From Candidatus Allofournierella merdigallinarum (lineage in GTDB: Bacteria > Bacillota > Clostridia > Oscillospirales > Ruminococcaceae), in contig DXAC01000024.1 in assembly GCA_019117205.1 (NCBI GenBank), forward strand, positions 1,114-65,113: DNA of 64,000 nucleotides, read 5' to 3'. How positions within the stretch are numbered: the stretch's first letter is position 1; each line of letters begins with the position of its first letter. The translations under genes and the position numbers were made by a program. A model generated the notes under the pieces. The model was not told the DNA's origin. It saw only the letters and a list, made by a program, of their open reading frames with translations, and did not search any database. Below are positions 41,439-53,430 of this stretch, piece by piece.

Positions 41439-44400
41439 ATGAAATTCACCAAAGACCAGCAGGCCGCCATCGACCACGAGGGCGCGGCCCTGCTGGTGAG
41501 CGCCGCCGCCGGCTCCGGCAAGACCGCCGTGCTGGTGGAGCGGGCGGCGCGGCTGCTGATCCGGGAGGAGGACCCCGTCCCCGCCGACCGGCTGCTCATC
41601 GTCACCTTTACCCGGGCCGCCGCCGCCAGCCTGCGGGCGAAGCTGGCCGCCCGGCTGGCTGCCGAGCAGGCGGTGCGCCCCGGCTCGACCCATCTGCGCC
41701 GCCAGCGGATGCTGCTGGCCCGGGCCAGCATCGGCACCATCGACGCCTACTGCCTCCAGCTGGTGCAGACCCACTTCGGCCTGCTGGACATCCCCCCGGA
41801 CTTCTCCACCGCCGACGGCCCCCAGCTGGCCCGCCTGCGGGCGGAGGCGCTGGCCGGCGCCCTGGAGGCCGCCTACGCCGACCCGGACTTCTGCGCCTTT
41901 GCGGACCTGTACGGCAAGAGCCGCAGCGACAAGCAGGCCGCCGCCGTGCTGGAGCGGCTGTATGACTTTTTGTCCAGTATGCCGTTTCCCGAAAAGACCC
42001 TGGAGCAGCTGGCCGACGACTGGGCCCAGTCCCGCCCGCTGGACGCCACCGGCTGGGGCGCGGCCCTGCGGGCGCAGGGCCGCCGCCAGGCCGCCTGCGC
42101 CCTGACGCTGGCCCGGGAGAACCTGGCGGACGCCCGGGCGGACGGCGAGCTGGACAACTACCTGCCCGCCCTGGAAAGCGACCTCGCGGCGGTGGAGACG
42201 GTGGCGGAGGCCATCGGGGCCGCCGGCTGGGACCAGGTGCTGGAGGCGTTCCGCCGGCTGACCTACCAGCCGCTGAAAGCGGTGCGGGGCTACACCGGCT
42301 GCCGGATGGAGACCATCAAGGCGCGGCGGGACCAGGTGAAGAAGATCATCGCCCGGCTGCAGGAACAGGTGTTCGTCTGCACCGAGGCGGAGTTTGCCGC
42401 CGACCGCGCCGCCGCGGCCCCGCTGGTGGCGGCGCTCATCCGGGCCGAGCGGGACTTCATCGCCCGCTTCTGGCAGGCCAAGGTGGAGGAGCGGCTGCTG
42501 GAATTCAGCGACGTGGAACACCTGGCCCTGCGCCTGTTGCGTACGCCCGAGGGCGCGCTCACCCCGCTGGCCGCCCAGCTGGGGCAGAGCTTCGCGGCGG
42601 TGATGGTGGACGAATACCAGGACACCAACGCCCTGCAGGACGCCCTGTACGCCTCCCTGGCCGCCCCCGGCGGGGAGGACCTGTTCTTTGTGGGGGACCT
42701 CAAGCAGAGCATCTACCGCTTCCGCCAGGCGGACCCGGAGGTGTTCCGGGACAAGCTCGCCCGCTACGCCCCCCACGGACTGCCCGGGCCCCAGAAGATC
42801 TTTCTGGACGCCAACTTCCGCAGCGCCCCGGGGGTCATCGCCGGGGTGAACGCCCTGTTCGAGGGGATGATGAGCGAGGAGCTGGGCGGCGTGGACTACG
42901 GCCCCGGCGAGCGGCTGGAGCCGGGCTTCGGCGGCCCCGAGGGCTACGGCGGCTACACCGGCGGCTGCGAGGTGCGGCTGGTGGAGAGCGACGAGGGCGT
43001 GGCCGCCGAGGCGGCCTGCATCGCCCGGCGCATCGCCCGGCTGGCGGACGAGGGCCTGCCCGTGCGGGAGGGCGAGGGCACCCGGCCGGTGCGGCTGGAG
43101 GACATCTGCATCCTGGTGCGCAGCCGGGGCGTTTTCGAGGTGTACGCCGACGCGCTGGAGGCGGCGGGCATCCCGGTGTATGTGGACCGGGCGGAGAACC
43201 TGCTGGACGCCCCGGTGGTGCGCCCGGTGGCCAGCCTTTTGCGGGTGCTGGACAACCCCGCCCAGGACGTACACCTGGCGGCGGTGATGCTGGGCCTCTG
43301 GGGCTTTTCGCCGGACGAGCTGGTGCGTCTGCGCGCCCGGCGGCCCCAGGGCAGCTTTTACAGCGCGGTGCGCGCCGCCGACGAGCCCCGCGCCCGCCGC
43401 TTTCTCGGGGAGCTGGCCGTTCTGCAAAGTCTGGCCCGCACCCTGCCGGTGGACCGGCTGCTGGAGGAGATCTTCCTGCGCACCGGCTGCCTGGCCGCCG
43501 CGGGGGTGCTGCCCGAGGGGGAGGTGCGCCGGCAGGAGCTGAGCCGCTTTTCCGCCTTTGCCGCCGGCTGCGGCAAGGGAGGGCTTTCGTCGGTGGTGCG
43601 GGCCATGGACGCGGCCCTGGCCGCCGGCGGCGTGCCCGGCCCGGAGCAGGGCCAGAGCCGCCCCGGGTGCGTTTCCCTGATGACCATCCACCGCTCCAAG
43701 GGGCTGGAATTCCCGGTGGTCTTCGTGGCCGGGCTGGACAAGCCGTTCAACCGGGAGGACCTGCTGGCCCCGGTGGCCCTGCACCCCCGGCTGGGCCTGG
43801 GGCTGGTGCTGCGGGCGGGAGCGGGCGGCGCCTACGCCACCGCCCCCCTGCGGGCGGTGCAGGGCGCCCTGGCCGCCGACGCCATGAGCGAGGAGATGCG
43901 GGTGCTCTATGTGGCCGCCACCCGCGCCAGGGACCGGCTCATCCTCACCATGACCCTGAAAAAGCCCGCCGCCGTGATCTGCCGGCTGGCCGCCCAGCGG
44001 CTGGAGGACCCGGAGAGCCGGGCGGCGCTGCTGACCCACAGCGCCAGCCGGGCGGACTGGGTGCTCAGCGCCCTCTTGGACCACGCCGCCGCCGGCTGCC
44101 TGCGGGCGCTCACCGACGCGCCGGTGCCGGTGCGTCCCCGGCCGCTGGACAGCGCGCTGGAGGTCTGCCTGGAACAGCCGCCGCAGGCCCCCGAGGCGCT
44201 GCCCGCCGCCGGCGGCCTGCCGGCGGCGGCGCCGGACGCGGCGCTGGCCGCCGCCCTGGCCGGGCGCCTTGCCTGGCGCGACCCCCGGGCGGACCTGCGG
44301 CAGGTGCCCGCCAAGGTCAGCGTCACCGCCCTGGTCCGGGAGGGAAAGGAGCCGACGCTGCAGCGGCCCTCTTTCATGTACCAGGCGGGGCTCACCGGCG

Positions 44401-44903
44401 CCGAACAGGGCACCGCCCTCCACGCCTTTTTGCAGCACGCGGACCTGGCCGCGGCCGCCGCCGACCCGGCGGCGGAGGTGCGCCGGCAGCTGGAAGACAA
44501 GCTGCTGGCGCCCGAGCTGGCCCGCTGCCTGCCGCTGGAGCAGCTGGCCCGCTTCTTCCAAAGCCCCGCGTTCGGCCGGGTGCGGCGGGCGCAGCGGGTG
44601 CTGCGGGAATACGCCTTTATCACCGCCCTGCCCGCGGCCCTGGCCGCGCCCGGGGCCCGGGCCGGCGACGCCCAGGTGCTGGTGCAGGGGGTGGCGGACC
44701 TGGTGCTGGACTTCGGCGACCAGGTGGAGATCCTGGACTACAAGACCGACCGGAACAAGACCGCCGACCAGCTGGCGGAGGACTACCGCCCCCAGCTTTT
44801 GATGTACGCGGCGGCCATCGGCCGGCGGCTGGCAAAGCCGGTGACAAAGCTCACCCTGTACAGCTTCGCCCTGGAGCGGGAGATCGACCTGCCTCTGGGC
44901 TGA
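41439..44903 (+). CDS. addA: ATP-dependent helicase/nuclease subunit A
   Basis: 1154 aa. UvrD-type motifs 'VSAAAGSGKT', 'VMVDEYQDTN', 'TIHRSKGLEFPVVF', 'LYVAATRAR'. C-terminal RecB-like nuclease 'GVADLVLDF...ILDYKTD'. Confidence 0.92.
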   Translation: MKFTKDQQAAIDHEGAALLVSAAAGSGKTAVLVERAARLLIREEDPVPADRLLIVTFTRAAAASLRAKLAARLAAEQAVRPGSTHLRRQRMLLARASIGTIDAYCLQLVQTHFGLLDIPPDFSTADGPQLARLRAEALAGALEAAYADPDFCAFADLYGKSRSDKQAAAVLERLYDFLSSMPFPEKTLEQLADDWAQSRPLDATGWGAALRAQGRRQAACALTLARENLADARADGELDNYLPALESDLAAVETVAEAIGAAGWDQVLEAFRRLTYQPLKAVRGYTGCRMETIKARRDQVKKIIARLQEQVFVCTEAEFAADRAAAAPLVAALIRAERDFIARFWQAKVEERLLEFSDVEHLALRLLRTPEGALTPLAAQLGQSFAAVMVDEYQDTNALQDALYASLAAPGGEDLFFVGDLKQSIYRFRQADPEVFRDKLARYAPHGLPGPQKIFLDANFRSAPGVIAGVNALFEGMMSEELGGVDYGPGERLEPGFGGPEGYGGYTGGCEVRLVESDEGVAAEAACIARRIARLADEGLPVREGEGTRPVRLEDICILVRSRGVFEVYADALEAAGIPVYVDRAENLLDAPVVRPVASLLRVLDNPAQDVHLAAVMLGLWGFSPDELVRLRARRPQGSFYSAVRAADEPRARRFLGELAVLQSLARTLPVDRLLEEIFLRTGCLAAAGVLPEGEVRRQELSRFSAFAAGCGKGGLSSVVRAMDAALAAGGVPGPEQGQSRPGCVSLMTIHRSKGLEFPVVFVAGLDKPFNREDLLAPVALHPRLGLGLVLRAGAGGAYATAPLRAVQGALAADAMSEEMRVLYVAATRARDRLILTMTLKKPAAVICRLAAQRLEDPESRAALLTHSASRADWVLSALLDHAAAGCLRALTDAPVPVRPRPLDSALEVCLEQPPQAPEALPAAGGLPAAAPDAALAAALAGRLAWRDPRADLRQVPAKVSVTALVREGKEPTLQRPSFMYQAGLTGAEQGTALHAFLQHADLAAAAADPAAEVRRQLEDKLLAPELARCLPLEQLARFFQSPAFGRVRRAQRVLREYAFITALPAALAAPGARAGDAQVLVQGVADLVLDFGDQVEILDYKTDRNKTADQLAEDYRPQLLMYAAAIGRRLAKPVTKLTLYSFALEREIDLPLG

Positions 44904-44930
44904 AACGCGTATTTTTTCGCAAAAAAACCC

Positions 44931-44960
44931 TTGACAGCCGAGGGTGCGGCGTGGTAGGAT
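44931..44960 (+). promoter_or_regulatory. Candidate extended -10 promoter of the infC-rpmI-rplT operon
   Basis: TTGACA (44931-44936), 18-nt spacer, TGgTAGGAT (44952-44960). T6/A7 AT-rich tract just upstream. Confidence 0.55.
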
Positions 44961-45117
44961 ATACCGGTAAAGAAAGCAGCAATCGGTTAGCCGCCGCGCT
45001 CACCTTGCGGCCCTCCCGGGCCCGGGTCAACAAGCTGTCGCTTCGCTTTGGCGGGGCGGTGTCCTGTGTGCAAAGCGCGGCTGCCCTCACCGGCGGCCGC
45101 GTTCATTTTTTGGGCAA
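44961..45117 (+). promoter_or_regulatory. Ribosomal protein L20 leader-like attenuator RNA
   Basis: A ~150-nt structured GC-rich leader between the promoter and infC, ending in an intrinsic terminator. Same position as the Firmicutes L20 leader; called from position and architecture only. Confidence 0.5.
45077..45111 (+). terminator. Leader terminator (attenuator) upstream of infC
   Basis: 9-bp stem GCGGCTGCC / GGCGGCCGC (one G-U pair), loop CTCACC, tail GTTCATTTTTT. Confidence 0.7.
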
Positions 45118-45669
45118 ATGAGATGGGGGTGTATCCAAATCGCTACCAACGGCAAAAAAGAGATCGAGATCAACGAGGCCATTCGGGACAGGGAGGTCCG
45201 CCTGATCGACGCCGACGGCACCCAGCTGGGGGTCGTCTCCGGGCGGGAGGCGCTGCGCCTGGCGCAGGAAAAGGACTTGGACCTGGTAAAGATCGCGCCC
45301 CAGGCGCAGCAGCCTGGGTGCAAGATCCTGGACTACGGCAAATACCGCTTTGAACAGCAAAAGCGGGAAAAGGAAGCCAAAAAGAACCAAAAGGTCATCG
45401 AGATCAAGGAGATCCGTCTTTCGCTGAACATCGACACCAACGACTTCAACACCAAGGTCAACCAGGCGGAGAAGTTCCTGAAAGCCGGGCACAAGATCAA
45501 GGTCTCCATCCGTTTCCGCGGCCGTGAGATGGCGCACACCAATCTGGGCCTCGAGGTGCAAAAGCGCTTCGCCGAGGCTCTGCCCGACGCCCAGGTGGAC
45601 AAACCGCCCAAGCTGGAGGGGCGCAGTATGCAGATGTTCATGAGCCCCAAGCCCGGCGCCCAGAAGTAA
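45118..45669 (+). CDS. infC: Translation initiation factor IF-3 (start codon uncertain, possibly non-AUG at 45139)
   Basis: 'INEAIRDREVRLIDADG...LDLVKIAPQAQQPGCKILDYGKYRFEQQK' plus the C-domain 'KEIRLSLNIDTNDF'. ATG 45118 sits directly on the terminator U-run with no SD. The in-frame ATC at 45139 lies 9 nt after GGGGG. Confidence 0.88.
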   Translation: MRWGCIQIATNGKKEIEINEAIRDREVRLIDADGTQLGVVSGREALRLAQEKDLDLVKIAPQAQQPGCKILDYGKYRFEQQKREKEAKKNQKVIEIKEIRLSLNIDTNDFNTKVNQAEKFLKAGHKIKVSIRFRGREMAHTNLGLEVQKRFAEALPDAQVDKPPKLEGRSMQMFMSPKPGAQK

Positions 45670-45696
45670 CCAACAAATCGTCAGGAGGAACGTACA

Positions 45697-45900
45697 ATGC
45701 CTAAGATCAAAACCCATTCCGGTGCGAAAAAGCGCTTCAAGCTCACCAAGACCGGCAAAGTCAAGCGGGGCCACGCCTATCGCAGCCACCTGCTCAACGG
45801 CCACGGCAAGACCACCAAGATCAAGCGGGGCTACCGCAAGAACGCCTACGCGGACAAGACCAACGCCGCCGCCGTCAAGGCCATGCTGCCCTACGCCTGA
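45697..45900 (+). CDS. rpmI: 50S ribosomal protein L35
   Basis: '[24 protein letters not shown]'. AGGAGG SD. Confidence 0.95.
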   Translation: MPKIKTHSGAKKRFKLTKTGKVKRGHAYRSHLLNGHGKTTKIKRGYRKNAYADKTNAAAVKAMLPYA

Positions 45901-45959
45901 GGCGCTTTGGGGCGGGAACGCTGAAATTCCACAAGTGACTGTGTAAAGGAGATAGAACA

Positions 45960-46313
45960 ATGGCTCGTATCAAAGGCGCGATGATGACTCGCAAACGCAG
46001 GAAGAAGACCCTGAAGCTCGCCAAGGGCTTTTACGGCAGCAAATCCAAGCACTTCAAGATGGCCAAACAGCAGGTGATGAAGAGCGGCAACTACGCTTTT
46101 ATCGGCCGCAAGCTGAAAAAGCGCCAGTTCCGCAACCTGTGGATCACCCGCATCAACAACGCTGTTCGTCCTCTGGGCATGAACTACTCCAGCTTCATGA
46201 ACGGCCTGAAGAAGGCCGGCGTCCAGCTGAACCGCAAGATGCTCAGCGAGATGGCCATCCACGATGCCGCCGGCTTTGCCGCCCTGGTGGAGACCGCCAA
46301 AAAGGCGCTGTAA
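45960..46313 (+). CDS. rplT: 50S ribosomal protein L20
   Basis: '[29 protein letters not shown]...[14 protein letters not shown]'. Confidence 0.95.
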   Translation: MARIKGAMMTRKRRKKTLKLAKGFYGSKSKHFKMAKQQVMKSGNYAFIGRKLKKRQFRNLWITRINNAVRPLGMNYSSFMNGLKKAGVQLNRKMLSEMAIHDAAGFAALVETAKKAL

Positions 46314-46412
46314 ATAAAAAATGAGCAACGCCCGCGCGCACGCACGGGCGTCGCTTTGTATTGACGGTCAGGAGCGCCGCCCATCGGGGCGCGGCGGCTC
46401 CGCCTGCGAGGT

Positions 46413-47201
46413 GTGAACTTGTCCCAACGCATTACCAGCCGTGACAACGACAAGATCAAATATGCCTGTAAACTGGCCCAGTCCGCGGCGTTCCGCACCG
46501 GCGAAAGCGCCTTTTTCGCGGAGGGCCTGAAGCTGTGCGCCGATTTGGCGGCAGCCTGCCCTTTAAAGGTAATATTTTATACCGCCGCGGCCCTGGAAAA
46601 AGAGCCGGGGCTGGAGTCCATGGGGGCGGAGAACTACCTGGTGGAGGAGCATGTGGCCCAAAAGCTGGCCGGTGTGCAGACCCACCAGGGGGTGTTCGGT
46701 ATCTTCCGGCGCCCCGCCGCCCGCTTTGAGGACCTGCCGGCGCCCGGGCGGCTGCTGGCGCTGGAGCGGGTGCAGGACCCGGGCAACGTGGGGGCCCTGC
46801 TGCGCAGCGCCGCCGCGTTCGGCTTCGACGGGGCGCTGCTCTCGCCCGGCTGCGCCGACCCCTTTGGCCCCAAGGCCCTGCGGGCCTCTATGGGGGCCGC
46901 GGCGCGCCTGGCGGTGGTGCAAACGCCCCACCTGCCCGACGCCCTGGCCGCTTTGCGGCAAAGGGGCGTCACCACCCTGGCCGCGGCGCTGTACAACAGC
47001 CGCCCGCTGGACGAGGTGCCCGCCGCCCTGCCCGGCGGGGCGTGCATCGTCATCGGCAGCGAGGGCCAGGGCCTGTGCCAGGCGACCATCGACGCCTGCG
47101 ACGGGGCGGTGCGGATCCCCATCACCGACCGGGTGGAGAGCCTCAACGCCGCGGTGGCCGGCAGTGTGCTGCTGTGGCACTTCCGGGGGGTGGGCCGATG
47201 A
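46413..47201 (+). CDS. TrmH/SpoU family RNA 2'-O-methyltransferase
   Basis: GTG start. N-terminal substrate-binding domain plus the SpoU motifs 'VQDPGNVGALLRSAAAFG', 'IVIGSEGQGL', 'IPITDRVESLNAAVAGSV'. Confidence 0.85.
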   Translation: MNLSQRITSRDNDKIKYACKLAQSAAFRTGESAFFAEGLKLCADLAAACPLKVIFYTAAALEKEPGLESMGAENYLVEEHVAQKLAGVQTHQGVFGIFRRPAARFEDLPAPGRLLALERVQDPGNVGALLRSAAAFGFDGALLSPGCADPFGPKALRASMGAAARLAVVQTPHLPDALAALRQRGVTTLAAALYNSRPLDEVPAALPGGACIVIGSEGQGLCQATIDACDGAVRIPITDRVESLNAAVAGSVLLWHFRGVGR

Positions 47202-48283
47202 GCGAAACGCGCCACTGGCTCTGGCTGGCCTTTGTGCTGGGCCCTGGCGCGCCCCGCTGCCGCCAGCTGCTGGAGGTCTACGGCGATCCCGGCGAGGTGC
47301 AAAGGGCGGTGGGCCGCGAGGACCTGTCCGGCCTGCTCACCCCCGGCCAGCTGGCCCGGCTGCACACCGACCCTGACGACTTTTCCCCCCTGGAGGAGGA
47401 AATGGACCGGCTGGGCGCCCGCATCCTCACCCTGGAGCAGGAGGATTACCCCCGCCGGCTGCGGGACATCCCCGACGCGCCGCCGGTGCTTTTTTGCACC
47501 GGCGATCCGGCGGCGCTGAACGGGGAACACACCGTGGGCATGATCGGCTCCCGCCGGCCCAGCGCCTACGGGGTGGAGGCCGCCGCCACCCTGGGCCGGG
47601 AGCTGGCCGAAGCGGGCGTCTGCCTGGTGAGCGGCCTGGCCGACGGGCTGGACAGCGAGGCCCACAAGGCCGCCGTGGCCGCGGCCGCCCCCACCGTGGG
47701 GGTGCTGGGCACCTCCATCGACAAGACCTACCCCGCCTCCAACCGCCGCCTGCGGGCCGAGATGGAGCAAACGGGGGCGGTGGTCAGCGAGTTCTTCCCC
47801 GGCACTGTGGCCACCAAGGGCAATTTCCTGCTGCGCAACCGGCTCATCGCCGCCCTCAGCGATGCCCTGTGCGTGGTGGAGGCCCGGGAGAAAAGCGGCA
47901 CCATGAACACGGTGGGCCACGCCGAGCGCTACGGCCGGCCGGTGTACGCGGTGCCTGGCGGCATCTTCAGCCAGGTGTGCGCCGGCACCAACGCCCTGCT
48001 TGCCCAGGGCCGCGCCGGCATGGTCACCGGCGCCGGCGTGCTGCTGGGGGCGCTGGGCCTTTCGGAAACGGGCGAAAAGCGCCGCGACCGGCAGCCGCGG
48101 ACGGCGGATATCTCCCTCGACGCGGCGAGGATGCTCGCCTGCCTGGGCCAGACCCTGCGCCCGCTGGAGACGCTGGCCGCCGAAACGGGGCAGGACACGG
48201 GCGGCGCCCTGGCCGCCCTGCTGGAGCTGGAGCTGGCGGGCCTGGCCCAAAGCTGTGCCGGCGGGCTGTACCGCCGCAAATGA
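47198..48283 (+). CDS. dprA: DNA-processing protein DprA
   Basis: ATG overlaps the trmH stop (ATGA). 'GMIGSRRPSAYG', 'VSGLADGLDSEAHKAA', 'RNRLIAALSDALCVVEA..KSGT'. Confidence 0.9.
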   Translation: MSETRHWLWLAFVLGPGAPRCRQLLEVYGDPGEVQRAVGREDLSGLLTPGQLARLHTDPDDFSPLEEEMDRLGARILTLEQEDYPRRLRDIPDAPPVLFCTGDPAALNGEHTVGMIGSRRPSAYGVEAAATLGRELAEAGVCLVSGLADGLDSEAHKAAVAAAAPTVGVLGTSIDKTYPASNRRLRAEMEQTGAVVSEFFPGTVATKGNFLLRNRLIAALSDALCVVEAREKSGTMNTVGHAERYGRPVYAVPGGIFSQVCAGTNALLAQGRAGMVTGAGVLLGALGLSETGEKRRDRQPRTADISLDAARMLACLGQTLRPLETLAAETGQDTGGALAALLELELAGLAQSCAGGLYRRK

Positions 48284-48301
48284 AACCGTAAGGAGAAGCA
48301 A

Positions 48302-50373
<2,072 letters not shown>

Positions 50374-50377
<4 letters not shown>

Positions 50378-51681
50378 GCAGGGTACGGGTGCTGGGCGCG
50401 GGCCTGGCCGGGTGCGAAGCCGCCCTGTGGCTGGCCCAAAAGGGCGTTGCGGTGGAGCTTTTCGAGCAAAAGCCCGGCCGCAAAAGCCCCGCCCACAAAA
50501 GCGAGGATTTTGCCGAGCTGGTCTGCTCCAACAGCCTGAAAGCCGACCGGCCGGACTCCGCCTCCGGCCTGCTCAAGGCGGAGATGGATCTTTTGGGCAG
50601 CCACCTGCTGCCGGTGGCCCGCAGTGTGCGGGTGGCGGCGGGCGGCGCGCTGGCGGTGGACCGGGACGCTTTCAGCGCCGGGGTGACGAAGCTGGTGGAG
50701 AGCCAGCCGAACATCACCGTGGTGCGAAAGGAAGCCACCGAGCTGGACGGGAGCCTGCCCACCCTGGTGGCTACCGGCCCCCTCACCGACGGCGCGCTTG
50801 CCGCCGCCATCGCCGAAGTCACCGGGGGCGACGAGCTGTCTTTCTACGACGCGGCGGCCCCCATCGTCACCGCCGAGAGCCTGGACATGGGCCGCGTCTT
50901 CGCCGCCAGCCGCTACGGCCGGGGCGAGGCGGACTACCTCAACTGCCCCTTTAACAGGGCCGAGTACGAGGCGTTCCACGCGGCGCTGGTGGACGCCGAG
51001 CGGGCCCCGCTGCACGAGTTCGACGGCAGCCTCACCGTTTACGAGGGCTGTATGCCCATCGAGGTGATGGCCTCGCGCGGGGCGGACACCATGCGCTTCG
51101 GGCCGCTGCGGCCGGTGGGCCTGGTGGACCCGGCCACCGGCCACCGCCCCTGGGCCAACGTCCAGCTGCGGCGGGAGAACGAGGCGGGCACGCTGTACAA
51201 CATCGTGGGCTTTCAGACCAATCTGAAATTTGGCGAGCAGAAGCGGGTGTTCTCCATGATCCCCGGCCTGGAGCACGCCGAGTTCGCCCGCTACGGGGTG
51301 ATGCACCGGAACACCTTTTTGAACAGCCCTCGGCTGCTGGGGCAGGACCTGAGGCTGAAAGGCCGGGAAGATCTGTGGTTCGCCGGCCAGATCACCGGCT
51401 TCGAGGGGTATATGGAATCCGCCGCCTGCGGCCTGCTGGCCGCCCGGAGCATCTGGGCGGCGCTGAACGGGCGCAGCGGCGAAGCGCCCCCGGCAAACAC
51501 CATGCTGGGCCAGCTTGTCCGCTACATCACCAGCGAGAACAAAAACTTCCAGCCCATGGGCGCCAACATGGGCCTGCTGCCGCCCCTGGCCGAGCACATC
51601 CGGGACAAGCGCCTGCGCTATGCCGCCCTCTCCGACCGGGCCCTGGCCGCCATGGCCCGCTGGGCGAAAGAAACGGAATAA
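50374..51681 (+). CDS. trmFO: Methylenetetrahydrofolate--tRNA-(uracil-5-)-methyltransferase
   Basis: ATG overlaps the topA stop. 'VLGAGLAGCEAA' FAD motif, 'LVCSNSLK', 'FAGQITGFEGYMESAACG'. Confidence 0.92.
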
Positions 51682-51711
51682 CAGAACACAAACAGAAAGG
51701 GTGCAACTGCC

Positions 51712-52722
51712 ATGAAGATCATACTGGACGCCATGGGCGGCGACAACGCCCCCGCCGAGATCCTGAAAGGGGCCGCCGCCGCGGTGGCCGCCTGGCCGGA
51801 GGTGGAGATCGTCGCCGTGGGCGACGCGGAGAAGATCGACGCCTGCGTCAAAGAAAACGGCATCGGGATGAAGAACATCCAGGTGGTCCACGCCGGCGAG
51901 GTCATCGAGATGTGCGACGAGCCCGCCAGGGCCGTGCGGACCAAAAAGGACGCCAGCATGGTGGTGGGCCTGCGGATGCTGGCCGAGGGGGCGGGCGACG
52001 CCTTTGTGTCCGCCGGCTCCACCGGCGCGCTGCACGTGGGCGCCAGCCTCATCGTGCGCACGGTGAAAGGGGTCAAGCGGCCGGCGCTGGCCACCGTCAT
52101 CCCCGGCAAAACGCCCTTTCTGCTGCTGGACTGCGGCGCCAATGTGGAGTGCCGCGCCTCCATGCTGGAGGCTTTCGGCGTGATGGGCAGCGTCTACATG
52201 AACAAGGTCATGGGTCTGGAAAAGCCCCGGGTGGCGCTGGTGAACAACGGCGCCGAGGAGTCGAAAGGCACCCCCGCCTATGTGGAGGCCCACCAGCTTT
52301 TGAAAAACAACAGGGCCATCCATTTCGTGGGCAACATCGAGCCCCGGGACATCCCCGCCGGCGCGGCGGACGTGGTGGTGGCCGACGGCTTCACCGGCAA
52401 CGTGGTCTTAAAGCTCACCGAGGGCCTGGCCAAGTTCTTCTCCGCCAAGCTCAAGGTGATGTTCAAGAAAAACGCGGGCACCATGCTGGGCTACCTGCTG
52501 CTCAAGGGCGGGGTGGCCGAGTTCAAAAAGAGCATGGACGCCGACGAGTACGGCGGCGCGCCGCTGCTGGGCACCCGCCGCCCGGTGATCAAGGCCCACG
52601 GCTCCTCCAATGCCCGGGCCATCCAGAACGCCATCCGCCAGGCGAAGCTCTGTGTGGAGAGCGATCTGTGCGGGGTGATGGCGGCGAGCCTTGCCGACCT
52701 GGCCGGCGAGGCCGGCAACTGA
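51712..52722 (+). CDS. plsX: Phosphate acyltransferase PlsX
   Basis: 'KIILDAMGGDNAP', 'SAGSTGA', 'GFTGNVVLK', 'GAPLLG...VIKAHGSS'. Confidence 0.93.
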   Translation: MKIILDAMGGDNAPAEILKGAAAAVAAWPEVEIVAVGDAEKIDACVKENGIGMKNIQVVHAGEVIEMCDEPARAVRTKKDASMVVGLRMLAEGAGDAFVSAGSTGALHVGASLIVRTVKGVKRPALATVIPGKTPFLLLDCGANVECRASMLEAFGVMGSVYMNKVMGLEKPRVALVNNGAEESKGTPAYVEAHQLLKNNRAIHFVGNIEPRDIPAGAADVVVADGFTGNVVLKLTEGLAKFFSAKLKVMFKKNAGTMLGYLLLKGGVAEFKKSMDADEYGGAPLLGTRRPVIKAHGSSNARAIQNAIRQAKLCVESDLCGVMAASLADLAGEAGN

Positions 52723-52745
52723 CCTTTATCAGGAGGCACTGTTTC

Positions 52746-53411
52746 ATGCATCAACTGGAGGCCGTGATCGGCTACACCTTTCATAACCCCGCCCTGCTGG
52801 AGACGGCTCTCACCCACACCAGCTACGCCAACGAGGCAAAGGGCCATGTGAAGCACAACGAGCGGCTGGAGTTTTTGGGCGACAGCGTGCTGTCCATCGT
52901 GGTGGCGGACTACCTGTTCCACAACTGGACCGACCGGCCCGAGGGCGAGCTCACCAAGGCCCGGGCCAGCCTGGTCTGCGAGGGGGCGCTGTTCCAGTTC
53001 GCCCAGGAGATCGACCTGGGCCGCTACCTGCGGCTGGGCAAGGGCGAGGAGCGGGGCGGCGGGCGCACCCGGCCCAGCGTGGTGTCCGACGCGTTCGAGG
53101 CGCTGATCGCCGCCTTGTATCTGGACGGCGGCATGGAGGCCGCCCGGGCGTTCATCCTGCCGTTCCTCACCGAGGGCAAGACCGGCGAGGCCGACTACAA
53201 GACCCAGCTGCAGGAGGTCATCCAGCAGAACCCCGAGGAGCGGCTGCGCTACGAGCTGGAGGGCCAGACCGGCCCCGACCACGACAAGCGCTTTCAAATG
53301 GCGGTGTATCTCAACTCCAACCTGATCGGCCGGGGCGAGGGGCACAGCAAAAAGGCCGCCGAACAGGCGGCGGCCCGGCAGGCCCTCAAACTGATGGGCC
53401 TGGTGAAATAA
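52746..53411 (+). CDS. rnc: Ribonuclease III
   Basis: Signature 'NERLEFLGDSVL' and a C-terminal dsRBD 'DYKTQLQE...GEGHSKKAAEQAAA'. AGGAGG SD. Confidence 0.93.
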   Translation: MHQLEAVIGYTFHNPALLETALTHTSYANEAKGHVKHNERLEFLGDSVLSIVVADYLFHNWTDRPEGELTKARASLVCEGALFQFAQEIDLGRYLRLGKGEERGGGRTRPSVVSDAFEALIAALYLDGGMEAARAFILPFLTEGKTGEADYKTQLQEVIQQNPEERLRYELEGQTGPDHDKRFQMAVYLNSNLIGRGEGHSKKAAEQAAARQALKLMGLVK

Positions 53412-53430
53412 CAGCTTTGGGAGCAACGCA

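Noticed and set aside
38061-44561. 2166-aa minus-strand ORF spanning the addB-addA region
   Set aside because: It lies antisense to two genes with unmistakable helicase/nuclease motifs. Its translation is low-complexity (G/A/R/P/Q/H/L-rich) with no motifs and no SD. Long stop-free reverse frames are expected when the sense strand has strong GC3 bias.
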